A stretch of 64,000 nt of DNA from an uncultured Candidatus Rokubacteria bacterium (GTDB lineage: Bacteria; Methylomirabilota; Methylomirabilia; Rokubacteriales; CSP1-6): assembly GCA_963762145.1 (NCBI GenBank), contig CAVXJS010000021.1:672001-736000 (forward strand). The letters are read 5' to 3'. Every line of letters starts with the position of its first letter. Position 1 is the stretch's first letter. Shown piece after piece: positions 57,025 to 64,000 of this stretch. The notes under the pieces were generated by a model, which was given only the letters and a program-made list of their open reading frames with translations, ran no database searches and was not told where the DNA came from. Both the position numbers and the translations under genes were made by a program.

Positions 57025-57484
57025 GCCGCCGCTCGCGTTTCGCCGCGCCCGCGCGGAGGACGTCCCCGACATCGTGCGCATGCTCGCCGACGACCCGCTC
57101 GGAGCCACGCGGGAGCGCGACGAGCACCCGCTCCCCGAATCCTACGCGCGGGCCTTTCGCGCCATCGACGCGGATCCCAACAACGAGCTCGTGGTGGCCT
57201 GCCGCGGCGAGCGCGTCGTGGGCGTGCTGCAGCTTACGTATCTCCCCTCCCTCACCTACCAGGGCGGCTGGCGCGCCCTGATCGAGGGCGTGCGCGTGGC
57301 GAGCGGCGAGCGGTCACAGGGATCGGGGAAGGCCCTCTTCGAGTGGGCGATCGCGCGGGCCCGCGAGCGCGGCTGCCACATGGCGCAGCTCACCACCGAC
57401 AAGGCCCGCCCCGACGCCCGGCGCTTCTACGAGAGCCTGGGCTTCGTGGCCTCTCACGAAGGGATGAAGCTGCGGCTCGGCTGA
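57017..57484 (+). CDS. GNAT family N-acetyltransferase
   Basis: IEGVRV....RSQG.G, RGC...QLTTDK.R..A.RFYE.LGF..SHEG.K. Confidence 0.93.
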   Translation: MPEPPLAFRRARAEDVPDIVRMLADDPLGATRERDEHPLPESYARAFRAIDADPNNELVVACRGERVVGVLQLTYLPSLTYQGGWRALIEGVRVASGERSQGSGKALFEWAIARARERGCHMAQLTTDKARPDARRFYESLGFVASHEGMKLRLG

Positions 57485-58605
57485 GGCCGGGTGGCTACCC
57501 GATCCAGCGCCTCGAAGAAGCGCTCCACATCGTCGCGGTCGTCGTGCACGTGGGGCGAGACGCGGATGCGCCCTTCGCCGCCCCACACCAGCACCCGCTC
57601 GGTGGCCAGCTTCGCGGCGAGCCCGGCCGCGTCCTCGGCGAGGAAGCACACGTTGCCCCCGCGCTCCTCGGGCGCGTCGGGCGTGATCACCGGCCAGCCG
57701 CGCGTCTTGAGGCCCTCGATCAGCTCGGTCCCGAGCTCCTGCGCGTGACGCAGGACGTCCGCCGGGGCGATCCGCTCGAGGCGCGCCAGCGCGCTGTCGA
57801 GTACGGCCAGGCCGAGCAGGCTCGGGTTGCCCGCCTCGAGGCGCGAGGCGTCCGCTCGCCACGGCATCGCGAGCGGATCCTCGAGGCCGCCGCGATGGCC
57901 GACGCTGTGCCAGCCGACGGTGGCCGGCTGCAGCTCGCCCACGCGCCGCGCGCTGTAGGCGAAGAGCCCGACGCCGTGGGTGGCCAGCAGCCACTTGTAG
58001 CAGCTCGACACCACGAAGTCGCAGAGCGCGCCGGGCACCGGGACCACACCGGCCGCGTGCGTGGCGTCCACCGCCAGCCGCGCGCCCGCGCGGTTTGCCA
58101 GCTCGGCGCAGCGGACCAGGTCGAGGCGCTGCCCGGTGAGATAGCTCACGTGGCTGACGAGCAGGAGCCGCGTACGCCGGTCGACCCGCGCGGCCAGATC
58201 GTCCATCGCCACGTAGTGGCCGCGCGCGCGGACCACCCGCGGCTCCACGCCCCGCTCCCGCAGGAGCGCCGCCGGGTAGATCAGCGAGGGGTACTCGACG
58301 TCGGCGAAGACGACGTTGTCGCCCGCGCGCCACTCCACCGAGCGCACCGCCTGGTTGAGCCCTTCCGAGGAATGGGCCAGGAAGGCGACCTCGCCGGGCT
58401 CGACGCCCAGCAGCCGCGCGGCGCGGGTGCGCGCCCGCTCGCCGATGACGAACATCTCCTCGCGCCCGGCCATGCCCGCGCTCTTGAGCGCGCCGAAGCG
58501 CTCGCAGGCGGCGGTGTGCGCGCGCAGCCACGGCGCCTCGCCGCCGGTGCAGAGGTGAGCCACGCCATCGAGGCCGACGAACTCGCTCTTGTCGATCAGG
58601 GCCAT
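57454..58605 (-). CDS. Aminotransferase class V PLP enzyme
   Basis: EYPS, SHVSY.TG, VDATH, SSCYKWLL, E.G.P, IRVSPH. Overlaps the GNAT 3' end by 31 bp. Confidence 0.9.
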   Translation of the reverse strand: MALIDKSEFVGLDGVAHLCTGGEAPWLRAHTAACERFGALKSAGMAGREEMFVIGERARTRAARLLGVEPGEVAFLAHSSEGLNQAVRSVEWRAGDNVVFADVEYPSLIYPAALLRERGVEPRVVRARGHYVAMDDLAARVDRRTRLLLVSHVSYLTGQRLDLVRCAELANRAGARLAVDATHAAGVVPVPGALCDFVVSSCYKWLLATHGVGLFAYSARRVGELQPATVGWHSVGHRGGLEDPLAMPWRADASRLEAGNPSLLGLAVLDSALARLERIAPADVLRHAQELGTELIEGLKTRGWPVITPDAPEERGGNVCFLAEDAAGLAAKLATERVLVWGGEGRIRVSPHVHDDRDDVERFFEALDRVATRPQPSRSFIPS

Positions 58606-58754
58606 TGGATCCCTCCCGTTCTGCGGGGTACCCTAGCACGAGGCGACCCGGGGTAGGACTATGGTCCAATGGTGCCCACCATGCGCGGGCGCGCATATTG
58701 ACCGGCACTTTCCAATGTAACCCGGTGAGAGGGTGGTAGCCGGGGAGGACGACC

Positions 58755-59756
58755 ATGACGACTCCAGGAGAGACGAGCGTCAAGCTGTACCGCGCGGCCG
58801 ATGCTCCCCCAGCCGCCCTGGCCGGGGAAGCGGTCGCGGTGCTCGGCTACGGGAATCTGGGCCGCACGGCCGCCCTCAATCTTCGGGATTCCGGGGCCAA
58901 GGTCCGGATCGGCAACCGGGAGGACGAGTACGCCGAGCGCGCCCGGGCCGAGGGGTTCGAGGTGGTCCCCATCGCGGCCGCCGCGACCGACGACATCGTG
59001 TTCATCCTTCTCAGCGACGAGGTCATCCCCCTGGTGTTCGCCACCGAGATCGCGCCCGCGCTCAGACCCGGGAGCGCCATCGCCTTCGGCTCCGGCTACA
59101 GCGTAGCCTTCGGCCTCATCCATCCGCCCGAGACCGTGGACGTGCTCCTGGTGGCGCCCCGCATGGCCGGCCAGACCGCGCGGACGCGTTACCAGGAGGG
59201 GCGCGGCTTCTGGGCCTGCGTCGGCGTGGAGGCGGATCGGAGCGGGCGGGCCCGACAGCGCATGCTGGGGCTCGCCGACGGCCTCGGCGCCCTCCAGGCC
59301 GGTGCCGTGCAGATGAGCGCCAAGGTCGAGGCCACGCTCGATCTCTTCGTGGAGCAGACGGTCGGAGCCGTCCTGGGCATGGCGATCATGACCGCCTTCG
59401 ACGTCGCGCGCGACGCCGGCGTGCCCGGCGAGGCGCTGGTCCTGGAGATGTACATGTCGGGCGAGATGGAGGCGGTCTTCCAGGGCTTCCGCGAGAGCGG
59501 CTTCTTCCGCGCCTCCGAGGATCACGGGCCGACCGCGGTCTTCGGCGGCATCCAGCGCACGCTGGAGATGGATCGAGAGGGGATGGCCGAGAGCTTCCGC
59601 AAGATCCTCGAGGACATCTCGTCCGGTGGCTTCGCCCACCGGTTCCAGGAGGAGGCCCGGAACGGGTATCCGATGCTCGAGTTCGCCCGGGCCATGATGC
59701 ACGGGGGCTCGCCGATCACTGACGCGGAGAGTCAGGTCAGGCGGCTGCGCGACTAG
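58755..59756 (+). CDS. Divergent ketol-acid reductoisomerase-like protein
   Basis: VAVLGYGNLG...ALNLRDSG, DLF.EQ, I.SG.F. Several canonical IlvC motifs are altered. Confidence 0.85.
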   Translation: MTTPGETSVKLYRAADAPPAALAGEAVAVLGYGNLGRTAALNLRDSGAKVRIGNREDEYAERARAEGFEVVPIAAAATDDIVFILLSDEVIPLVFATEIAPALRPGSAIAFGSGYSVAFGLIHPPETVDVLLVAPRMAGQTARTRYQEGRGFWACVGVEADRSGRARQRMLGLADGLGALQAGAVQMSAKVEATLDLFVEQTVGAVLGMAIMTAFDVARDAGVPGEALVLEMYMSGEMEAVFQGFRESGFFRASEDHGPTAVFGGIQRTLEMDREGMAESFRKILEDISSGGFAHRFQEEARNGYPMLEFARAMMHGGSPITDAESQVRRLRD

Positions 59757-59866
59757 CCGTTGGGCCGCCGCCCCAAACTTCCGGTCAAAGTTTCCCGGTT
59801 CTCTCGCGAGGCGTCGTTCCGCCTCCGGAACCCCGCGTTTCGGCCCGCTTCCTCGGCGGACCTCGG

Positions 59867-59882
59867 TGGCACCTCGGTTGCA
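59867..59882 (+). promoter_or_regulatory. Sigma54 (-24/-12) promoter
   Basis: TGGCAC-CTCGG-TTGCA, an intergenic consensus match. Confidence 0.75.
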
Positions 59883-59903
59883 ACTCTCGTCGACGTGCCC
59901 AGC

Positions 59904-60545
59904 ATGACCACGATGCGAACGTGGAGCCCGTGGGCGCGCGAGTACGCGCGAGAGCCGGGACGCTACGTCTTCGGCACCGCGCCGTCGGACTGGGCGCGCG
60001 AGGTGGCCTGCCTCGTCCGGCCCGGCGACGCGGTGCTGGACCTGGGCTGCGGCGAGGGACGCGACAGCGTGTTCTTCGCCGGGCTGGGCGCGATGGTCAC
60101 CGGCCTGGACGAGGCCGCCGGCGGTCTCGACAAGGCGCGGCGCCTGGCCCGCCAGCGCCGCGTGCGCGTGCGCTGGATCGAGGGCGACATGACCGAGGTG
60201 TTGCCCGCGGGCCGCTTCGACCTGATCTTCTCGTGCGGCACCATCCACTACGTGCCCCGGAGCGAGCGCCGGTGCCTATTCCGGCGCCTCGCGGCCATGA
60301 CGCGCCCGGGCGGGCACCAGGCGCACGTGGTCTTCACCGACCGGCACGTGCACGAAGAGAAGGGGGAGATCGTGGACTACTTCACCGCGGGAGAGCTGCG
60401 TGAGGCGTTCGTCGAGTGGCAGGTCCTGCGAAACGGCGAGCGCATGATCAGCTGCGCCCAGGACGGGAGCGTGCACGGCCATTCCGTCGAGGAGCTGGTG
60501 GCCGCGCGGCCGGTGGTGCCGGCGCCGTGGCCGGCCGAGCCGTGA
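59904..60545 (+). CDS. Class I SAM-dependent methyltransferase (TehB-like; start uncertain)
   Basis: YVFG..P, VLDLGCGEGR.S.F.A, V.G.D, FDLI, PGG, F..GEL...F. Confidence 0.88.
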   Translation: MTTMRTWSPWAREYAREPGRYVFGTAPSDWAREVACLVRPGDAVLDLGCGEGRDSVFFAGLGAMVTGLDEAAGGLDKARRLARQRRVRVRWIEGDMTEVLPAGRFDLIFSCGTIHYVPRSERRCLFRRLAAMTRPGGHQAHVVFTDRHVHEEKGEIVDYFTAGELREAFVEWQVLRNGERMISCAQDGSVHGHSVEELVAARPVVPAPWPAEP

Positions 60546-60552
60546 TCCGCCT

Positions 60553-61200
60553 CTAGGATGCGCGTCGGTCCCGGGCGCCGACTCGGCTCGCCGTCCGCGC
60601 CAGACGAGCGAGGTCGAGCTCGATCGAGTCGCGCATGTCCGCCTTCAGCGTGCGCCGCATGTGGGCGAGCGCCCGGGTGTGGTCGGTCGGCGTCCGGCCC
60701 ACCACGCAGTCCGGCGGCACGACGAGCTCGTAGCCCCGCATGTAGGCATCCTGCGCGGTGAACAGCACGCAGATGTCGGTCAGAAGCCCGGTGAGGATCA
60801 GCGTCCTCGCCTCGAAATGCTCCAGCAGGAGCTCCAGGGTCGTCGAGAAGAACCCCGAATGCCGCGGCTTCAGGACGAAATAGTCCCGCGCGTCGGGACG
60901 GAGCCGCCGGGTCACGACGCGGCCCGGGGAGGCCCGCCGGCCGCAGTGCGCGACGACCCTCCGGAAGTCGGACCGCCAGCGGCCAAAGTTGTCGTTCACA
61001 TAGACCGCCGGGACGCCGGCGCGCCGGGCCCGGCCCTTCAGCCGGCGGATCCGCTCCGCCATGGGCCCCGCTCCGGCGAGCACCTCCCGGGCGCCCTCGA
61101 AGGTGAAATCGTTGATCGCGTCGATCACCAGCAAGACGACCGGGCTCGCGTCCGGCGCACGGCCATCGAGATCGTTCCCCCGGCCGCGACGACGGATCAT
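60553..61200 (-). CDS. Isochorismatase-family cysteine hydrolase
   Basis: LLVID.INDF, YVNDNFG.W, LKP.HSGF..T, TDICVLFTA.DA.MR (D-K-C triad). Confidence 0.92.
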   Translation of the reverse strand: MIRRRGRGNDLDGRAPDASPVVLLVIDAINDFTFEGAREVLAGAGPMAERIRRLKGRARRAGVPAVYVNDNFGRWRSDFRRVVAHCGRRASPGRVVTRRLRPDARDYFVLKPRHSGFFSTTLELLLEHFEARTLILTGLLTDICVLFTAQDAYMRGYELVVPPDCVVGRTPTDHTRALAHMRRTLKADMRDSIELDLARLARTASRVGARDRRAS

Positions 61201-62273
61201 CGGACGGGGCGCCGCCGCTCGAGCAGACGGAGCACCACGCGCTCGTCCGGCTGCAGCGCAAAGCGGGGCCCGGCGCGTGGACGCCCCACGATGGTCACCG
61301 GCGGACCCAGCGCAGCCTCCTGGAAGGCCTCGAGGACCGCGGGATGGATGTAGCACTTCCGGCAGATGGCGGGCGTATTCCGGAGCTGCTGGGCGACCGC
61401 CGCCACGGCTTGCGTGATGTGCTTCCGGGCGCGCGTAGGACTACCCGGGTCCCGCCCCCGCAGCGCCACCGCGGCGAGCACGGTGCCGCCCCAGGTGCGA
61501 AAGTCCTTGGCGGTGAACTCGGCTCCGAAGATCTCCCGAAGGTAGGCGTTGACGTCGGCCGAGTCGATCGTCTGCCGCTGGCCGTCGTCGTCCACGTACT
61601 GGAACAGCTCGTGACCGGGCAGGTCCTGGCACTGCCGGACCACGCGCGCCAGCCGGCGGTCGGTGAGCGCGACCACGTGCGGCTTGCCACCCTTGCCGCG
61701 GAACTCGAACCGCACGCGGCCCCCGTCGACCCGCACGTGCTTCGCGCGGAGGGTCGTGAGCCCGTAGGATCCGTTCTGGCGCGCATACTCCTCGTTGCCG
61801 ACCCGGATGAGGGTGGTCTCCAGCAGCCCCACGACGGCGGCGAGCACCTTCTCGCGCGGGAGGCCGGCGCGGCTCACGTCGTCCTGGACGCGCCGGCGAA
61901 TGCGCGGCAGGGCGCGGCCGAAGTCGATCATGCGGGCGTACTTGGTCTCGTCGCGGATCTCGCGCCAGCGCGAATGATACCGGTACTGCTTGCGGCCTCG
62001 CGCGTCCCGTCCCACCGCCTGGATGTGCCCGTTCGGCGCCGGGCAGATCCACACGTCGGTCCAGGCGGGAGGGATGGCGAGGGCTCGGATCCGGGCGAGC
62101 GTCTGGCCATCGCGTATCGGCCCGCCGTCGGCGGCCCGGTACCGGAACCCGCGGCCGCTTCTGATGCGGGCGATGCCGGGGGCGGTGTCGCTGACGTATC
62201 GCAACCGGCCGGACGCCGCCGCATCAATCGACTGGGCGGAGGCGGTGGCAGGCGCCGGGACCAGAGTGCCCAC
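61197..62273 (-). CDS. DNA topoisomerase IB (bacterial, poxvirus-like)
   Basis: IPPAWTDVWIC, G.DARGRKQY.YH, IRVGNE.Y, F.GK.G, KDFRTW, L.NTP..C.K.Y.HP. Confidence 0.95.
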   Translation of the reverse strand: MGTLVPAPATASAQSIDAAASGRLRYVSDTAPGIARIRSGRGFRYRAADGGPIRDGQTLARIRALAIPPAWTDVWICPAPNGHIQAVGRDARGRKQYRYHSRWREIRDETKYARMIDFGRALPRIRRRVQDDVSRAGLPREKVLAAVVGLLETTLIRVGNEEYARQNGSYGLTTLRAKHVRVDGGRVRFEFRGKGGKPHVVALTDRRLARVVRQCQDLPGHELFQYVDDDGQRQTIDSADVNAYLREIFGAEFTAKDFRTWGGTVLAAVALRGRDPGSPTRARKHITQAVAAVAQQLRNTPAICRKCYIHPAVLEAFQEAALGPPVTIVGRPRAGPRFALQPDERVVLRLLERRRPVR

Positions 62274-62274
62274 G

Positions 62275-64000
62275 TCACGCGCTCCGACGACGGGCCCGGC
62301 CCGGCCGTCGGGAGGCCGGCGGCGCGGCCGGCGGAGCCAGCGCGCGCGTCGTCCGTGCCGTGATCGCCTGATCCACGGAGAAGAAATCGGCCCAGGGATC
62401 CTTGCGGAGTCGCTTCAGCACCGTCTCGACGGTGAATGACTCCGGCCTCGTCTTCGCCGAGAGCTCGGACCAGGCGAGCGGCGTGGAGACCGGCGCGCCC
62501 CGCTTCGCGCGTGGCGAGTAGGCCGCCACCGAGGTCGCGCCGCGCACGTTCCGCAGATAGTCGATGAAGATACGACCGCGCCGGGCCGCCTTCAGCGGAT
62601 TGATCGTGTAGCGCTCCGGCGCCCGGCGGGTCATCTCGGCGCCGATACCTTCGCCCAGCGATCGCAGCGCGTCCCAGCCCGCCTCGGGACGGAGCGGCAC
62701 CACCACGTGGAGCCCCTTGCCGCCGGTGGTCTTCACGAAGCTCACGAGGCCGAGGTCCTTCAGGAGCGCGCGCGACTCCTCGGCCGCCTCCACCACGCGC
62801 GCCCACGGCAGGCCCGGCGCCGGATCGAGATCGAGGACGAGCCGATCCGGCCGCTCGAGCCGCTCGACCCGCGTGCCCCAGGGATGGATCTCGAGCACCC
62901 CGATCTGGGCGAGGGCGACGACGCCCGCCAGATCGTCCACGTAGAGGTACGACGCGGTGCCGCCGCCGCGCTCGCGGATGCGCACGCGCTTGACCTGCTT
63001 CGGGACCCCCGGCGCGGCGTGCTTCTGATAGAAGCAGGCGCCGCGCTCACCCTCGGGACAGCGGACGATGCTCAGCGGCCGATCCGCCACGTGGGGCACC
63101 ATCCAGTCCGCGACCGCTTCGTAGTAGCGGGCGAGGCCGAGCTTGGTGATCGCCTGGTCGCGGAAGAGGACGCGGTCCGGATGCGTGAGCGTGACGCCGG
63201 CCACCTCGACCGGACCGTCGCTGCCGCCCGCGATCGGATGCGCGCGCGCCGGTCTCGGGATGCGGCCCGTCTCGCGGACGATCCGGGAGGCGGGCTTGTC
63301 CTCGCGGAGGCCCTGGAACGCGGGATGGCGCAGCAGCCCGTCGCGCGTCCACTCGGTGAACGCGACCTCGGCCACCAGCTCGGGCCTCACCCAGTGCGCG
63401 CGGGCGGGCGGCCGCGGGCCGTGGGGCGCGAACGGCGAGTCGCGCCGCTCGAGCTTGCGCAGCCGCGCGCCCAGGCGCTCGAGCGTGGTCTGGTCGAACC
63501 CGGTGCCGACGCGCCCGGCGTAGACGAGGTGGCCGTCGCGGTCGTGCACCCCGAGGAGCAGCGAGCCGAACTCCGCGCGCGCGCCGTCCGGGTCGGTGTA
63601 CCCGCCGATCACGAGCTCCTGCCGCGCCACGCACTTCACCTTGAGCCACGCCGACCCGCGCCCGGAGCGATACGACGCGCTCCTCTGCTTCGCGATGATA
63701 CCCTCGAGGCCCAGGCGGCAGGCGCGATCGAACACCCGCTGGCCGGGAGTGTCGAAGTGCTCGGAGTATCGGAGGCGGCCGCGGCGCCGTTTGAGCAGCC
63801 GGGCCAGGAGCGTCTTGCGCTCCACCAGCGGCAGCGGCCGCACGTCACGTCCGTCGAGAAAGAGCAGGTCGAAGGCCACGTAGACGAGGCTCCGGCCGGC
63901 CTCGAGCTGATCGGCCTGCTGAAGTGCCTGGAAACTCGAGACCCCGGCCCGATCGAGCGCGACGATCTCGCCGTCCAGCAGCGCCTCCTTCACCGGGAGC
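62275..64000 (-). CDS. ligD: DNA ligase D (ligase + primase-polymerase domains), N-terminus beyond window end
   Basis: LDGEIV, FDLL, EGIIAK, WLKVK, G.VGTGF, LRHP.F.GLREDK, then THPDRV, R.P.G, FYQKH, PDRLVLDLDP, KTTGGKGLH, IFIDYLRN.RG.T.VAAYSPR. Confidence 0.95.
   Translation of the reverse strand, partial: LPVKEALLDGEIVALDRAGVSSFQALQQADQLEAGRSLVYVAFDLLFLDGRDVRPLPLVERKTLLARLLKRRRGRLRYSEHFDTPGQRVFDRACRLGLEGIIAKQRSASYRSGRGSAWLKVKCVARQELVIGGYTDPDGARAEFGSLLLGVHDRDGHLVYAGRVGTGFDQTTLERLGARLRKLERRDSPFAPHGPRPPARAHWVRPELVAEVAFTEWTRDGLLRHPAFQGLREDKPASRIVRETGRIPRPARAHPIAGGSDGPVEVAGVTLTHPDRVLFRDQAITKLGLARYYEAVADWMVPHVADRPLSIVRCPEGERGACFYQKHAAPGVPKQVKRVRIRERGGGTASYLYVDDLAGVVALAQIGVLEIHPWGTRVERLERPDRLVLDLDPAPGLPWARVVEAAEESRALLKDLGLVSFVKTTGGKGLHVVVPLRPEAGWDALRSLGEGIGAEMTRRAPERYTINPLKAARRGRIFIDYLRNVRGATSVAAYSPRAKRGAPVSTPLAWSELSAKTRPESFTVETVLKRLRKDPWADFFSVDQAITARTTRALAPPAAPPASRRPGRARRRSA

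Noticed and set aside
57454-57484. 31-bp convergent overlap of the GNAT and class V enzyme genes as antisense regulation
   Set aside because: Short tail overlaps are common in GC-rich genomes.
1-64000. tRNA, rRNA, riboswitch, prophage or defence island
   Set aside because: None recognised by eye. Covariance-model and HMM searches were not possible, so small RNAs cannot be excluded.

Overview
A very GC-rich bacterial window, densely coding (about 70 CDS), with no rRNA, tRNA, CRISPR array, integrase or transposase that I can see. Gene content (ABC_sub_bind and family-5 binding proteins, LLM monooxygenases, alpha-hydroxy-acid oxidases, CoA-transferase III, cupins, VOC proteins) resembles Ca. 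Rokubacteria/Methylomirabilota, but that is an inference. Most genes are accessory catabolic or transport functions, plus murB, a chromate-transporter pair, a CPA2 antiporter and a ligD-topoisomerase IB-isochorismatase operon at the right edge. Two blocks (about 16.2-17.9 kb and 24.6-26.8 kb) carry many single-base frameshifts that look like read or assembly error. The most notable signals are: (1) TANNNT boxes 6-8 nt before the start codon of at least 11 genes lacking a properly spaced SD, suggesting widespread leaderless translation; (2) a pilin-like domain carrying a lipoprotein signal instead of a prepilin signal; (3) a 53-aa ORF missed by the ORF track that looks like an in-frame-collapsed DUF1801 gene coupled at both ends; (4) three intergenic palindrome families, one with compensatory base changes; (5) a secreted Pro-ending uORF upstream of the antiporter; (6) an SxxC thioredoxin and a divergent KARI-like enzyme; (7) two consensus sigma54 promoters. 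I did not find a single clear multi-gene novel system. All family assignments come from motif recognition, not database searches.
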